DNA of 64,000 nucleotides from Pseudomonadota bacterium. GTDB taxonomy: Bacteria > Pseudomonadota > Gammaproteobacteria > Steroidobacterales > Steroidobacteraceae. How positions within the stretch are numbered: position 1 is the stretch's first letter; every line of letters begins with the position of its first letter. The stretch is from the NCBI GenBank assembly GCA_023457495.1, contig JAEWLQ010000113.1:19629-83628 (forward strand), read 5' to 3'. Below the pieces are notes generated by a model that searched no databases, had not been told where the DNA came from, and saw only the letters and a program-made list of their open reading frames with translations. The position numbers were made by a program, and so were the translations under genes. Of the stretch, positions 1-8,710 are shown one piece after another.

Positions 1-613
1 CCAGGCCGCGGTCGTATTCGTACATGCCGGATTCGAAAATGCCGCTGACCGTGAAGCGTTTCGTGCGCGGCACGAAACCGGCCGGCGTCGCGGTGCCCTC
101 GGGCGCCATCAACACGACGGTCTGGCCGACCGTCACCCCGAGCTCGGTCGCGAGCGCGTTGCCCAGCACCATGCGGAACTTGCCGGGCTCGAGGTCGTCG
201 AGACTGCCCTGCGTGAGCCGGGAGCCGAGGCCCACGGCGCGCGCCTCCTCCTCGGGCAGGATGCCGCGCACCAGCGTGCCGGCGACGCGCTCGCCGTTGG
301 CGAGCAGGCCGCGCGACTCGACGAACGGCACCACCGCGATGACGCCGGGCGTCTGCGCCGCCTGCTGCTGCGCGCGACGCCACTGCGGGATTTCGCCCTC
401 GACACCCGTGATCGACGCATGCGAGGTCACCGCCAGCATGCGGCTGCGCAGTTCGGTCTCGAAGCCATTGAGCACCGACAGCACGACGATCAGCACCGCG
501 ACGCCGAGCGCGAGCCCCAGCACCGACATGAAGGCGACGAACGACACGAAGCCGCTGCGATGCGTCGAACGCAGATATCGCGCGGCCAGGAGCACTTCGT
601 AGGGAGCGCGCAT
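1..613 (-). CDS. LolC/LolE-family lipoprotein-release ABC permease, 5' part only (continues past window start)
   Basis: Absent from the ORF track because there is no stop inside the window. My minus-strand translation from ATG at ~613 reads MRAPYEVLLAARYLRSTHRSGFVSFVAFMSVLGLALGVAVLIVVLSVLNGFETELRSRMLAVTSHASITG..., a typical LolC/E (FtsX/MacB-type) N-terminus. It starts about 7 nt after the stop of the upstream paralog. Confidence 0.8.
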   Translation of the reverse strand, partial: MRAPYEVLLAARYLRSTHRSGFVSFVAFMSVLGLALGVAVLIVVLSVLNGFETELRSRMLAVTSHASITGVEGEIPQWRRAQQQAAQTPGVIAVVPFVESRGLLANGERVAGTLVRGILPEEEARAVGLGSRLTQGSLDDLEPGKFRMVLGNALATELGVTVGQTVVLMAPEGTATPAGFVPRTKRFTVSGIFESGMYEYDRGL

Positions 614-620
614 CGCCAAA

Positions 621-1868
621 CTACTCGTACCGCAGCGCGTCGGCCGGCGGCACACGCGAGGCGCGCAGCGCCGGGTAGATCGTCGCCAGCAGCGTGATCA
701 GCATCGCGATGCCGGCGATCCAGGCGATCTGCCCGAAACGCAGCTCGGACGGCAGCTGGTTGATGACATAGACCTCCGAGTTGAAGAACTCGAAGTGGAA
801 CAGCCGCTCGAGGAATTTCGCGATGACACCCGCGTTGTGGCCGATCAGCGTGCCGAGGATCACACCCAGCGCGACACCGAACCACGCGATGACCATGCCC
901 TGGACCAGGAAGATCGCCATGACCCTTCGTGGCGAAGTGCCGAGCGTGCGCAGGATCGCGATGTCGGTGCGCTTGTCCGTCACGACCATGGCGAGCATTG
1001 CGACCAGGTAGAAGGCGGCGACCGCGACGATGAGCATGAGGATCAACGCGACCATGGTCTTCTCGATGCGGATCGCGCGGAAATAACTCGCGTGATCGCG
1101 GGTCCAGTCCGCGACGGCGACGCCGGGCGGTAGTCGGGTCGCGAGCCGCGCGGCGTATTCCGGCGCGCCGAGCGCGTCGCGGAAGTTCACGTGCATGCCC
1201 ATGCGCGTATCGGCGCCCGGCAACACGGCGCGCACGTCATCGAGCGCGGCAATCAGCAATGAGCTGTCGTAGTCCTGCAGCGCGACGTCGAACACGCCGG
1301 CCACGGTGAACTCGCGCAGGCGCGGCTCGGGCGCGCCGTTCGCGTCGGTGGTCGGGATGAGCACCGTGATCGGGTCCCCGACTCCCACGCCCAGCATCTG
1401 CGCGATGATCCGACCGATGACGACGCGGTCCGAGCCCGGGGTGAGATCGTCGAGCCGGCCTTCGACCATCGCCTGCGCGATGCGCTCGACCTCCGTCTCG
1501 TGCGCCGGGTCGATGCCCCGCAGCCGCACCGGCAGCATTTCCGGCTTGCGAACCGCCAGCGCCTCGATCTCGAGAAACGGCGCGGCGGCGACGACATCGG
1601 GCGCGGCGCGCACCTCGCGCGTCAATGCCTGCCAGTCCGGCGCGGGTGAGCCGGCGGGCACGTAGATCCGCGCATGCGATGACAACGCGAGCAGCCGGTC
1701 GCGCAGCTCCCCTTCCAGGCCATTCATGACCGACAGGATGACGATGAGCGCGGTCACCCCCAGGCACACGCACAGCAGCGAGACCCAGGTGATGAAGGAA
1801 ACGAAGAACTTGTGAGAGCGGGCCCGCACGTAGCGCAGGCCGATGAACAGGGGCAGGGAATTCAGCAT
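621..1868 (-). CDS. LolC/LolE-family lipoprotein-release ABC permease
   Basis: Track ORF 621..2282 trimmed to Met139 (MLNSLPLFIGLRYVRARSHKFFVSFITWVSLL...), giving 415 aa. It has TM1, a periplasmic domain and a C-terminal FtsX-like TM bundle. The 138 upstream codons are Arg/His-rich junk overlapping the divergent gene. Confidence 0.9.
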   Translation of the reverse strand: MLNSLPLFIGLRYVRARSHKFFVSFITWVSLLCVCLGVTALIVILSVMNGLEGELRDRLLALSSHARIYVPAGSPAPDWQALTREVRAAPDVVAAAPFLEIEALAVRKPEMLPVRLRGIDPAHETEVERIAQAMVEGRLDDLTPGSDRVVIGRIIAQMLGVGVGDPITVLIPTTDANGAPEPRLREFTVAGVFDVALQDYDSSLLIAALDDVRAVLPGADTRMGMHVNFRDALGAPEYAARLATRLPPGVAVADWTRDHASYFRAIRIEKTMVALILMLIVAVAAFYLVAMLAMVVTDKRTDIAILRTLGTSPRRVMAIFLVQGMVIAWFGVALGVILGTLIGHNAGVIAKFLERLFHFEFFNSEVYVINQLPSELRFGQIAWIAGIAMLITLLATIYPALRASRVPPADALRYE

Positions 1869-2012
1869 TGCGGGCCATTCTGGGCGAAAAACCGGACGGA
1901 GATCACAAAACCACCCATGGAAACGGTCGGCAGCTGGCGACAGCGCCTGACTTTGCCATAGCGCGGCGTATATTTCCGCCACGGTCGAGTCGCTGGCCGG
2001 GAGGGAAGAAGC

Positions 2013-2303
2013 ATGCTTGCAAGCAAGATGACCACTGGATTGTTGATAGCCGCAGGTCTGGCGGTCGCGGTGCCGTCCTTTGCCGAAACGCTGGCCATCG
2101 ACGGCCAGGTCGTGGTCAAACCCTCCGGGGTCGAAACGCCGCAACGCGGCTCGAGCATGAGTGCGGTCGAAGCGCGCTTCGGCGCCCCCGCCAACAAGAG
2201 TTCGCCGGTGGGCAATCCGCCCATCACCAAGTGGTTCTATCCGAACTTCGTGGTGGTGTTCGAGCACGACAAGGTGCTGCACGCGGTGGTCGGCGCGAGC
2301 TGA
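2013..2303 (+). CDS. small secreted protein of unknown function
   Basis: 96 aa with a signal peptide (MLASKMTTGLLIAAGLAVAVPSFA-ET). It sits alone between the lol genes and mfd. No family recognised. Confidence 0.6.
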   Translation: MLASKMTTGLLIAAGLAVAVPSFAETLAIDGQVVVKPSGVETPQRGSSMSAVEARFGAPANKSSPVGNPPITKWFYPNFVVVFEHDKVLHAVVGAS

Positions 2304-2329
2304 TTCCTTTTCGAGTCGATTGATCCGAT

Positions 2330-2353
2330 CCGGCGCCGCCCCGAAGGCGCCGG
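2330..2353 (+). terminator. GC-rich hairpin after the small secreted-protein gene
   Basis: CCGGCGCC-gccccgaa-GGCGCCGG, an 8-bp perfect stem 27 nt after the stop. There is no clear T-tract. Confidence 0.4.
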
Positions 2354-2435
2354 AATGGGCCCTGTAGGATCGTTGCGCGCGTAACTCAGCGATTTCTCAC
2401 CCGGCACCTACGAGGGGCGGCTTGCAGCGAGCGCG

Positions 2436-5400
2436 ATGACAGGTAAGCTGCCGCGCTCCGCAATGCCCGCCCTCCTTCATCCACCTATCCCCGCAGCGGG
2501 GACCCGCGCACGCTGGCGCCAGCTCTATGGCTCGGCGCGCAGCCTGGCGCTGGCCGAGGCCATCGCGGCAGACACGCGTCCGTACCTGGTGATCGCGCGG
2601 GACGTGCGCGAGCTGGATCAGCTGCGCGCGGAGCTCGGCTTCTATCTCGGTGGCGCACGCCCGATCCACGCCCTGCCCGACTGGGAAGTCCTGCCCTACG
2701 ACCTCTTCTCGCCCCACCCTGACATCATCTCCGAGCGTCTCGCGGCGCTGTCCGAGCTCCCGCGGCTGAAGTCCGCCGTCCTGCTCGCCTCGGCCGACAC
2801 GCTGGGGCAGCGCCTCGCGCCGCGCGGCTACGTCGAGGGGCGCACGTTCAATCTCGCCGTCGGCGACCGGCTCGAGATCGAGCCGCTGCGCGCGCGGCTG
2901 GTCGAGAGTGGATATGCCTCCGTCTCGCAGGTCTCGGCGCCGGGTGAATTCGCGCTGCGCGGTTCATTGTTCGACGTGTTCCCGATGGGCGCCGACTCAC
3001 CGCTTCGCGTGGACCTGTTCGACGACGAGATCGAGGTGATCCGCGAGTTCGATCCGGAGACCCAGCGCTCCGGGGCCACGCTCGAGCGGGTGCGTTTGCT
3101 GCCGGGGCGCGAGCTGCCGCTCGATGCCGATTCGGTCAAGGCGTTCCGGTTGAGATACCGCAAACGCTTCGAGGGTGATCCGACCCGCAGCGTGATCTAC
3201 CGCGGCGTCAGCGATGGCATCGCCCCGCCCGGCATCGAGTTCTACCTGCCGCTGTTCTTCGACACCACCGACACCCTGCTCGACTATCTACCGCAGGAGA
3301 CGGTGGTGTGCGCGGGCGCGGACCTGCCCGCCGCGATCGAGGCCGCCACGCGCGTCGTGGCCGAGCGCCACGAGGAGCGCCGCCACGACGTGGAGCGTCC
3401 GATCCTCGCGCCGGACGAACTGTTCCTCACCGCCGACGAACTGGCGGCGCGGCTCGACGGTTTCACGCGCATCGACATCGATCGCTTCAAGTCGGAAAAC
3501 GAGGCCGACAACTTCCCCACGAGCGCGCCGCAGGAATGGCGCGTGGACCTGCGAGCCGACCGCCCGCTCGCGCCACTCGAGAATTTCCTCGCCACCTATC
3601 CGGGGCGCGTGCTGCTCGCCGCGGATTCGGCGGGTCGGCGTGAAGTGCTGCTCGAGATGCTGCGTGCGCATTCACTCGCCCCGGCGCCCGTCGCCGGCTG
3701 GCGCGAATTCGTGGACGGCGAGAAGAAGTTCGCCATCTGCGTGGCGCCGGAAATGGCGGGGCTCAACGTCGTTGCGCCGCCAATCACCGTCCTCGGCGAG
3801 GCGCAGCTCTTCGGCCAGCGCGCGCGCCAGGAACGCCGCCGGAGACGCGCGGCCGCCGATCCGCAGGCCATCCTGCGCGACCTCACGACGCTCGGACCCG
3901 GGTCACCGGTGGTGCACGAGGAATACGGCGTCGGGCGCTACGTCGGCCTGCAGATGATGCAAGTCGCGGGACAGGACGGCGAATTCGTCGTGATCGAATA
4001 TGCGGGCGGCGACAAGCTCTACGTGCCGGTGCAGCAGTTGCACCTGGTATCGCGTTACTCCGGCGCTGCGCCCGAAAGCGCCCCGCTGCACAAGCTCGGC
4101 ACCGACCAGTGGGCCAAGGCCCGCAAGCGCGCCGCGGACAAGATCCGCGACGTCGCCGCCGAACTACTCGACCTGTACGCGCAGCGGCAGGCCAAACGCG
4201 GACCGCCGCTGCCCTCGAAGGAGCTCGAGTACCAGGCGTTCGCGAACAGCTTCCCGTTCGAGGAGACGGCAGACCAGGCCGAGGCCATCCGCCAGGTACT
4301 GGCCGATCTCGCGAACGAAAAGCCCATGGATCGCGTGGTGTGCGGCGACGTCGGCTTCGGCAAGACCGAGGTCGCGATGCGCGCGGCGTTCGTGGCCGCG
4401 CAGGCCGGCAAGCAGGTCGCGGTGCTGGTGCCGACCACGCTTCTGGCCGAGCAGCACGCCAACAATTTCCGCGACCGCTTCGCCGACTGGCCGGTGCGCA
4501 TCGAGGCGCTGTCGCGTTTCCGCTCGGGCAAGGAATCGAACGCGGTGCTCGAAGGCATCGAGCGAGGCACGGTCGACATCGTGATCGCGACGCACCGGCT
4601 GCTGCATGCCAACGTGCGCTTCAAGGATCTCGGCCTCGTGATCGTCGACGAGGAGCACCGCTTCGGCGTGCGCGATAAGGAAAAGCTCAAGACGCTGCGC
4701 GCCGAGGTGCACGTGCTGACGCTCACGGCGACGCCGATTCCGCGCACGCTGAACATGGCGCTTGGCGGCCTGCGCGACCTGTCGTTGATCACCACGCCTC
4801 CTTCCGAACGGCTCGCGATCAAGACCTTCGTCACCGAATGGCATGCCGCGACGCTGCGCGAGGCCGCGCTGCGCGAATTCCGCCGCGGCGGCCAGGTGTA
4901 CTTCGTGCACAACGTGGTGGAGTCGATCGACAAGACGGCGCAGGAGATCGCGAAGCTGATCCCGGAAGCCGACGTGCGCGTGGGCCACGGCCAGATGCGC
5001 GAGCGCGACCTCGAGCAGCTCATGGTCGACTTCTATCACCGGCGCTTCAATTTCCTGGTGTGCACGACGATTATCGAGAGCGGCATCGACGTTCCGACCG
5101 CGAACACCATCATGATCGATCGCGCGGATCGGCTTGGGCTCGCGCAGCTGCACCAGCTGCGCGGCCGCGTCGGCCGTTCCCATCACCGCGCCTACGCCTA
5201 CCTGCTCACGCCGCCGCGCAAGGCCCTGTCGCAGGACGCCGTGAAGCGCCTGGAGGCCATCGAATCGCTCGAGGACCTGGGCGCCGGGTTCGTGCTCGCG
5301 ACCCACGACCTGGAGATCCGCGGTGCGGGCGAGTTGTTAGGCGAGTCGCAGAGCGGCGAGCTCACCGAGATCGGCCTCACGATGTATCTCGACCTGCTCG

Positions 5401-5981
5401 AGCAGGCCGTGAAGGCGATGAAGGAAGGCCGCGAGCCCGAGCTCGACCGGCCACTCGCGGCGACCGCCGAGGTCGAGTTGCGGCTGCCCGCGCTGCTGCC
5501 CGAAAGCTACGTCGCGGACGTGCCCGCGCGCCTGGCGATGTACAAGCGGCTCGCCGCCGCGCCGGACAATGGCGCCATCGATTCGCTGACCGAGGAGATC
5601 GTCGACCGCTTCGGGCCGCTGCCCCCGCCGGCGATGAATCTGCTACGTGTCGCGCGCCTCAAGCTGCTGGCGCGCGCCCTGGGCATCCGGCGTCTCGACC
5701 TCGGCCGCGAAGGCGGATACGCGCTGTTCGAGGAGAAAAACCAGGTCGATCCGCGCGCGGTCATCCGGCTCGTGCAGCATCCGGACCAGGACTATCGTCT
5801 CGACGGTCCACTCAAGCTGCGCATCTCGGTGGAAACCGAGGACGATGCCGAGCGGTTCGAATTCGCCGAGTCCTTCCTGCAGGGATTGCGTGGCGGCGGT
5901 GAAAGCGCCGCGAAGTCGCCGCGGGCAGACAGGATTGCCCCACCGCCCGCCCGGAAACCCGCGGGCGGGAACCGGCGCTGA
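2436..5981 (+). CDS. mfd: transcription-repair coupling factor Mfd
   Basis: 1181 aa. CarD/TRCF RNAP-interaction motif VVHEEYGVGRYVGL, helicase motifs GDVGFGKTEVA and VIVDEEHRFGV, and a C-terminal TRCF domain. The real start may be Met10 (2463). Confidence 0.97.
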   Translation: MTGKLPRSAMPALLHPPIPAAGTRARWRQLYGSARSLALAEAIAADTRPYLVIARDVRELDQLRAELGFYLGGARPIHALPDWEVLPYDLFSPHPDIISERLAALSELPRLKSAVLLASADTLGQRLAPRGYVEGRTFNLAVGDRLEIEPLRARLVESGYASVSQVSAPGEFALRGSLFDVFPMGADSPLRVDLFDDEIEVIREFDPETQRSGATLERVRLLPGRELPLDADSVKAFRLRYRKRFEGDPTRSVIYRGVSDGIAPPGIEFYLPLFFDTTDTLLDYLPQETVVCAGADLPAAIEAATRVVAERHEERRHDVERPILAPDELFLTADELAARLDGFTRIDIDRFKSENEADNFPTSAPQEWRVDLRADRPLAPLENFLATYPGRVLLAADSAGRREVLLEMLRAHSLAPAPVAGWREFVDGEKKFAICVAPEMAGLNVVAPPITVLGEAQLFGQRARQERRRRRAAADPQAILRDLTTLGPGSPVVHEEYGVGRYVGLQMMQVAGQDGEFVVIEYAGGDKLYVPVQQLHLVSRYSGAAPESAPLHKLGTDQWAKARKRAADKIRDVAAELLDLYAQRQAKRGPPLPSKELEYQAFANSFPFEETADQAEAIRQVLADLANEKPMDRVVCGDVGFGKTEVAMRAAFVAAQAGKQVAVLVPTTLLAEQHANNFRDRFADWPVRIEALSRFRSGKESNAVLEGIERGTVDIVIATHRLLHANVRFKDLGLVIVDEEHRFGVRDKEKLKTLRAEVHVLTLTATPIPRTLNMALGGLRDLSLITTPPSERLAIKTFVTEWHAATLREAALREFRRGGQVYFVHNVVESIDKTAQEIAKLIPEADVRVGHGQMRERDLEQLMVDFYHRRFNFLVCTTIIESGIDVPTANTIMIDRADRLGLAQLHQLRGRVGRSHHRAYAYLLTPPRKALSQDAVKRLEAIESLEDLGAGFVLATHDLEIRGAGELLGESQSGELTEIGLTMYLDLLEQAVKAMKEGREPELDRPLAATAEVELRLPALLPESYVADVPARLAMYKRLAAAPDNGAIDSLTEEIVDRFGPLPPPAMNLLRVARLKLLARALGIRRLDLGREGGYALFEEKNQVDPRAVIRLVQHPDQDYRLDGPLKLRISVETEDDAERFEFAESFLQGLRGGGESAAKSPRADRIAPPPARKPAGGNRR

Positions 5982-6003
5982 GCGACCCGTTATACTTTCG
6001 CCC

Positions 6004-6642
6004 ATGAATGCACATGGCCGACCGCGACTGCGCTCCCTGCTCACCGCCGCCCTGTTCGCTATCGTTGCGGCGGCCAGTTCGTTGCCAGCCGCGCGGGCGC
6101 AAACCCCTGCCCCGTCGGCGACCGTCTACACCGTCGAGATCATCGTATTCCGCAACATGACCGGCGCGGGCGGCCCCGAGGACTGGACCGCCAAGCCCGT
6201 GGCCCGCGGCCCCGATCAACCCGACTCGCCGGTCACCGGGCGTTTCATCGCCGCCGTGCCCGCGGCACAGTTCCAGCTCAATGACGTGGCCGCGAAGCTG
6301 CGCGCGTCGGCTAACTATCAGCCAATCGCCCATTTCGCCTGGCAGCAGACCGCGAGCTCGTGGGGCTCGCGCGCGGGCTTCACGATCAACAAGCTCGCGG
6401 GAAACGTGCCGGGGCTCTCCGGCATCATCTTTCTCGAGGCCGGCACCTACCTGCATCTCGGCATGTCGCTGAACTACCAGACCTCGAATCCGCCCGCAGG
6501 CCTCGCGGCGACGCCGGGCACCGTCTTCACGATGGCCGAATCCCGGCGCATCAAGCGCTTCGAGCGCAACTACTACGACCACCCCGCCTTCGGCGTCATC
6601 GCCCTCGTGACCCCCGCGAACCGCGCCACCGGCGGGCGGTAA
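6004..6642 (+). CDS. csiV: CsiV-like periplasmic protein
   Basis: Track ORF 5647..6642 trimmed to Met120 (MNAHGRPRLRSLLTAALFAIVAAASSLPAARA = signal peptide). The C-terminal NYYDHPAFGVIALVTP resembles the CsiV family. The position directly downstream of mfd matches Vibrio, as recalled from memory. Confidence 0.55.
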   Translation: MNAHGRPRLRSLLTAALFAIVAAASSLPAARAQTPAPSATVYTVEIIVFRNMTGAGGPEDWTAKPVARGPDQPDSPVTGRFIAAVPAAQFQLNDVAAKLRASANYQPIAHFAWQQTASSWGSRAGFTINKLAGNVPGLSGIIFLEAGTYLHLGMSLNYQTSNPPAGLAATPGTVFTMAESRRIKRFERNYYDHPAFGVIALVTPANRATGGR

Positions 6643-6656
6643 TCAGCAACTGATGG

Positions 6657-6677
6657 ACGCCCCCGCTTCGGGGGCGT
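6657..6677. terminator. bidirectional hairpin between convergent csiV-like and GGDEF genes
   Basis: ACGCCCCC-gcttc-GGGGGCGT, an 8-9 bp GC stem in the 54-nt convergent spacer. Confidence 0.55.
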
Positions 6678-6696
6678 GAGAAGTGGCCGTCAGGCC

Positions 6697-7620
6697 TCAG
6701 AAGTCGGATTCTTCAGCGACGATCACGCGGTTGCGGCCCTGCTCCTTGGCGCGGGCCACGGCGGATTCGACCGCCTTGAGGAAGCTCGCCGCGGTGTCTT
6801 CGGGGCGCGCAGTGTGGATCGCGACACCGCCGCTCACGGTCACGTAGCGCTGCGTCGAGCGTGGATGATGGATCTGCTGCTCGCGGACGCGATGCGCCAC
6901 GGTGGTCGCATGCTGAATCACGTGATCCGCGGGCGTTCCGTGCATCAGCACGATCACGCTCGCGCCTTCCCAGCGGCCGACGATGTCCGTACCCCGCCGG
7001 AAGGAACCTGCGATGGCGCGCGCCACGCGTTTGACGACGGCATCGCCGCCGGCGCGATCGAAGATTTCGTTGTAGGGACCTAACTGGTCGATGTCGAACA
7101 GCAGCAGCGCGATGTCGGTCTTGTCGCGTTGCGCCAGCGCGAAGTCGCGCTTGAGCACGTCCTCGAAGTAGTAACGCGAAGCAAGACCGGTCAGGCGGTC
7201 CTCGCGCACCCAGCTCGGCAAGCCGCGAATGCCGGTATCACCGGTGCGCTGCCGCGTGCCGCCTTCGCGGTGATAACCGATGAAGTGCGTAACCTTGCCA
7301 TCCCCGTTCTTCAGCGGGTGGATGTGCATGTCGTTCACGAACACCGTGCCATCCTTGCGCTGGTTGCGCAGCAGCGCGCGCGTGGAGTCGCCATGTCCCA
7401 GCGCCTCGCGCAGGCCTTCGAGCTCCTGCTGATCGCGGTCCTCGCCCTGCAGCAGCCGCAGGTTCTTGCCGAGTAGTTCGGAGACCTCGTAGCCGGTCAG
7501 CCGGCAGAACGCGGGATTGGCGTACACGACCAGGCGATCACCGCCGGCCTCGGTGATGACGACACCGTCGGGCGAAACATCGAGCGCACCGCGCAGGAAA
7601 TCGTCCTTGAAGCCGTTCAT
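6697..7620 (-). CDS. LOV-like PAS domain / degenerate GGDEF domain protein
   Basis: 307 aa. The N-terminal half aligns by eye to LOV cores (VVITEAGGDRLVVYANPAFCRLTGY...GKNLRLLQG...NQRKDGTVFVN...THFIGYH). The C-terminal half is GGDEF-like (DRLTGLASRYYFEDVL, FDIDQLGPYNE), but the active site reads EGASV after an intact RGTD. Confidence 0.85.
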   Translation of the reverse strand: MNGFKDDFLRGALDVSPDGVVITEAGGDRLVVYANPAFCRLTGYEVSELLGKNLRLLQGEDRDQQELEGLREALGHGDSTRALLRNQRKDGTVFVNDMHIHPLKNGDGKVTHFIGYHREGGTRQRTGDTGIRGLPSWVREDRLTGLASRYYFEDVLKRDFALAQRDKTDIALLLFDIDQLGPYNEIFDRAGGDAVVKRVARAIAGSFRRGTDIVGRWEGASVIVLMHGTPADHVIQHATTVAHRVREQQIHHPRSTQRYVTVSGGVAIHTARPEDTAASFLKAVESAVARAKEQGRNRVIVAEESDF

Positions 7621-8684
7621 GCGTTGCCCGCCGTGCCGCTGCCCATCGTGAAGTCGAGGGGCGGGGCTTCCGCCGACCTCGCCAGCAGGTCCTGGCTTGC
7701 GCGCCAGGCGTGACCCGCGAGCAATTCCTCGCGCTCGGGCGCCGCACGCCCGCGCATGCGCACCAGGCGCAGGTGCGAACTCGGCTCGATCTCGAATTCG
7801 AGCTCATCCAGCAGGCGCGCGACCGAAGGACGGTCGTTGCAGACCGGCAGCACGTCGCAGCCCGCGGCGAGCGCCGCCTGCGCGCGCGCGACGATATCGC
7901 CGTATTCGGCGGCGCCGCCCATGGACAGATCGTCGGTGAACACCGCGCCCTCGAAGCGCAGCTCCTCGCGCAACGCATTCTGGATCCAGCGCCGCGAGAG
8001 GCTCGCTGGCTCCGGCGCGACGGCGGGAAACAGCACGTGCGCAACCATGACGCCGTGCAGGCCGTTCGCCATGAGGCGCCGGTACGGCAACAGGTCGTTG
8101 CCGAGTTCGTCCCAGGCACGCCGGTCCACCGGCAGCGACTGGTGCGAATCCGCGACCACGGCGCCGTGACCGGGAAAATGTTTGGCCGTGGCGGACATGC
8201 CGGCATCCTTCATGCCCTGCACGTACGCGAGCGCGAGTTGCGCAACCGCCTCCGGCTTCGAATGGAACGCGCGATCGCCGATGACCTCGCTCACACCGTA
8301 GTCGAGATCGACGCAGGGCGCGAAGGACAGGTCCACTCCGTGCGCGCGCAACTCGGCGGCCATGAGCCAACCCATCGAACGCGCGAGCGTGAGACCTTTT
8401 TTGGGATCGACATCGAATTCGTGACCGATGCGCCGCGGCGGTGGCAGGCGCGAGAACTCGGGACGGAAGCGCTGCACGCGCCCGCCCTCCTGGTCGACGG
8501 CGACGATCAGGGCCGGCGAACGCACGGCATGGATGTCGGCGACGAGCTTGCGGAGCTGGTTGGCGCTGGCGTAATTGCGCGTGAACAGGATGACGCTGCC
8601 CACGAGAGGATGGCGCAGCACGTCGCGGTCCTCGGGCGTGAGCTCGAGACCTGCCACGTCGACCATCAATGGGCCCAGGGTCAC
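7617..8684 (-). CDS. nagZ: beta-N-acetylhexosaminidase NagZ
   Basis: 355 aa GH3 with motifs SFAPCVDLD and KHFPGHGAVVADSH. Its stop overlaps the downstream start by 4 nt. Confidence 0.93.
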   Translation of the reverse strand: MTLGPLMVDVAGLELTPEDRDVLRHPLVGSVILFTRNYASANQLRKLVADIHAVRSPALIVAVDQEGGRVQRFRPEFSRLPPPRRIGHEFDVDPKKGLTLARSMGWLMAAELRAHGVDLSFAPCVDLDYGVSEVIGDRAFHSKPEAVAQLALAYVQGMKDAGMSATAKHFPGHGAVVADSHQSLPVDRRAWDELGNDLLPYRRLMANGLHGVMVAHVLFPAVAPEPASLSRRWIQNALREELRFEGAVFTDDLSMGGAAEYGDIVARAQAALAAGCDVLPVCNDRPSVARLLDELEFEIEPSSHLRLVRMRGRAAPEREELLAGHAWRASQDLLARSAEAPPLDFTMGSGTAGNA

Positions 8685-8710
8685 CGTCGTTCCTATCTCG
8701 GGAGCCCCCT

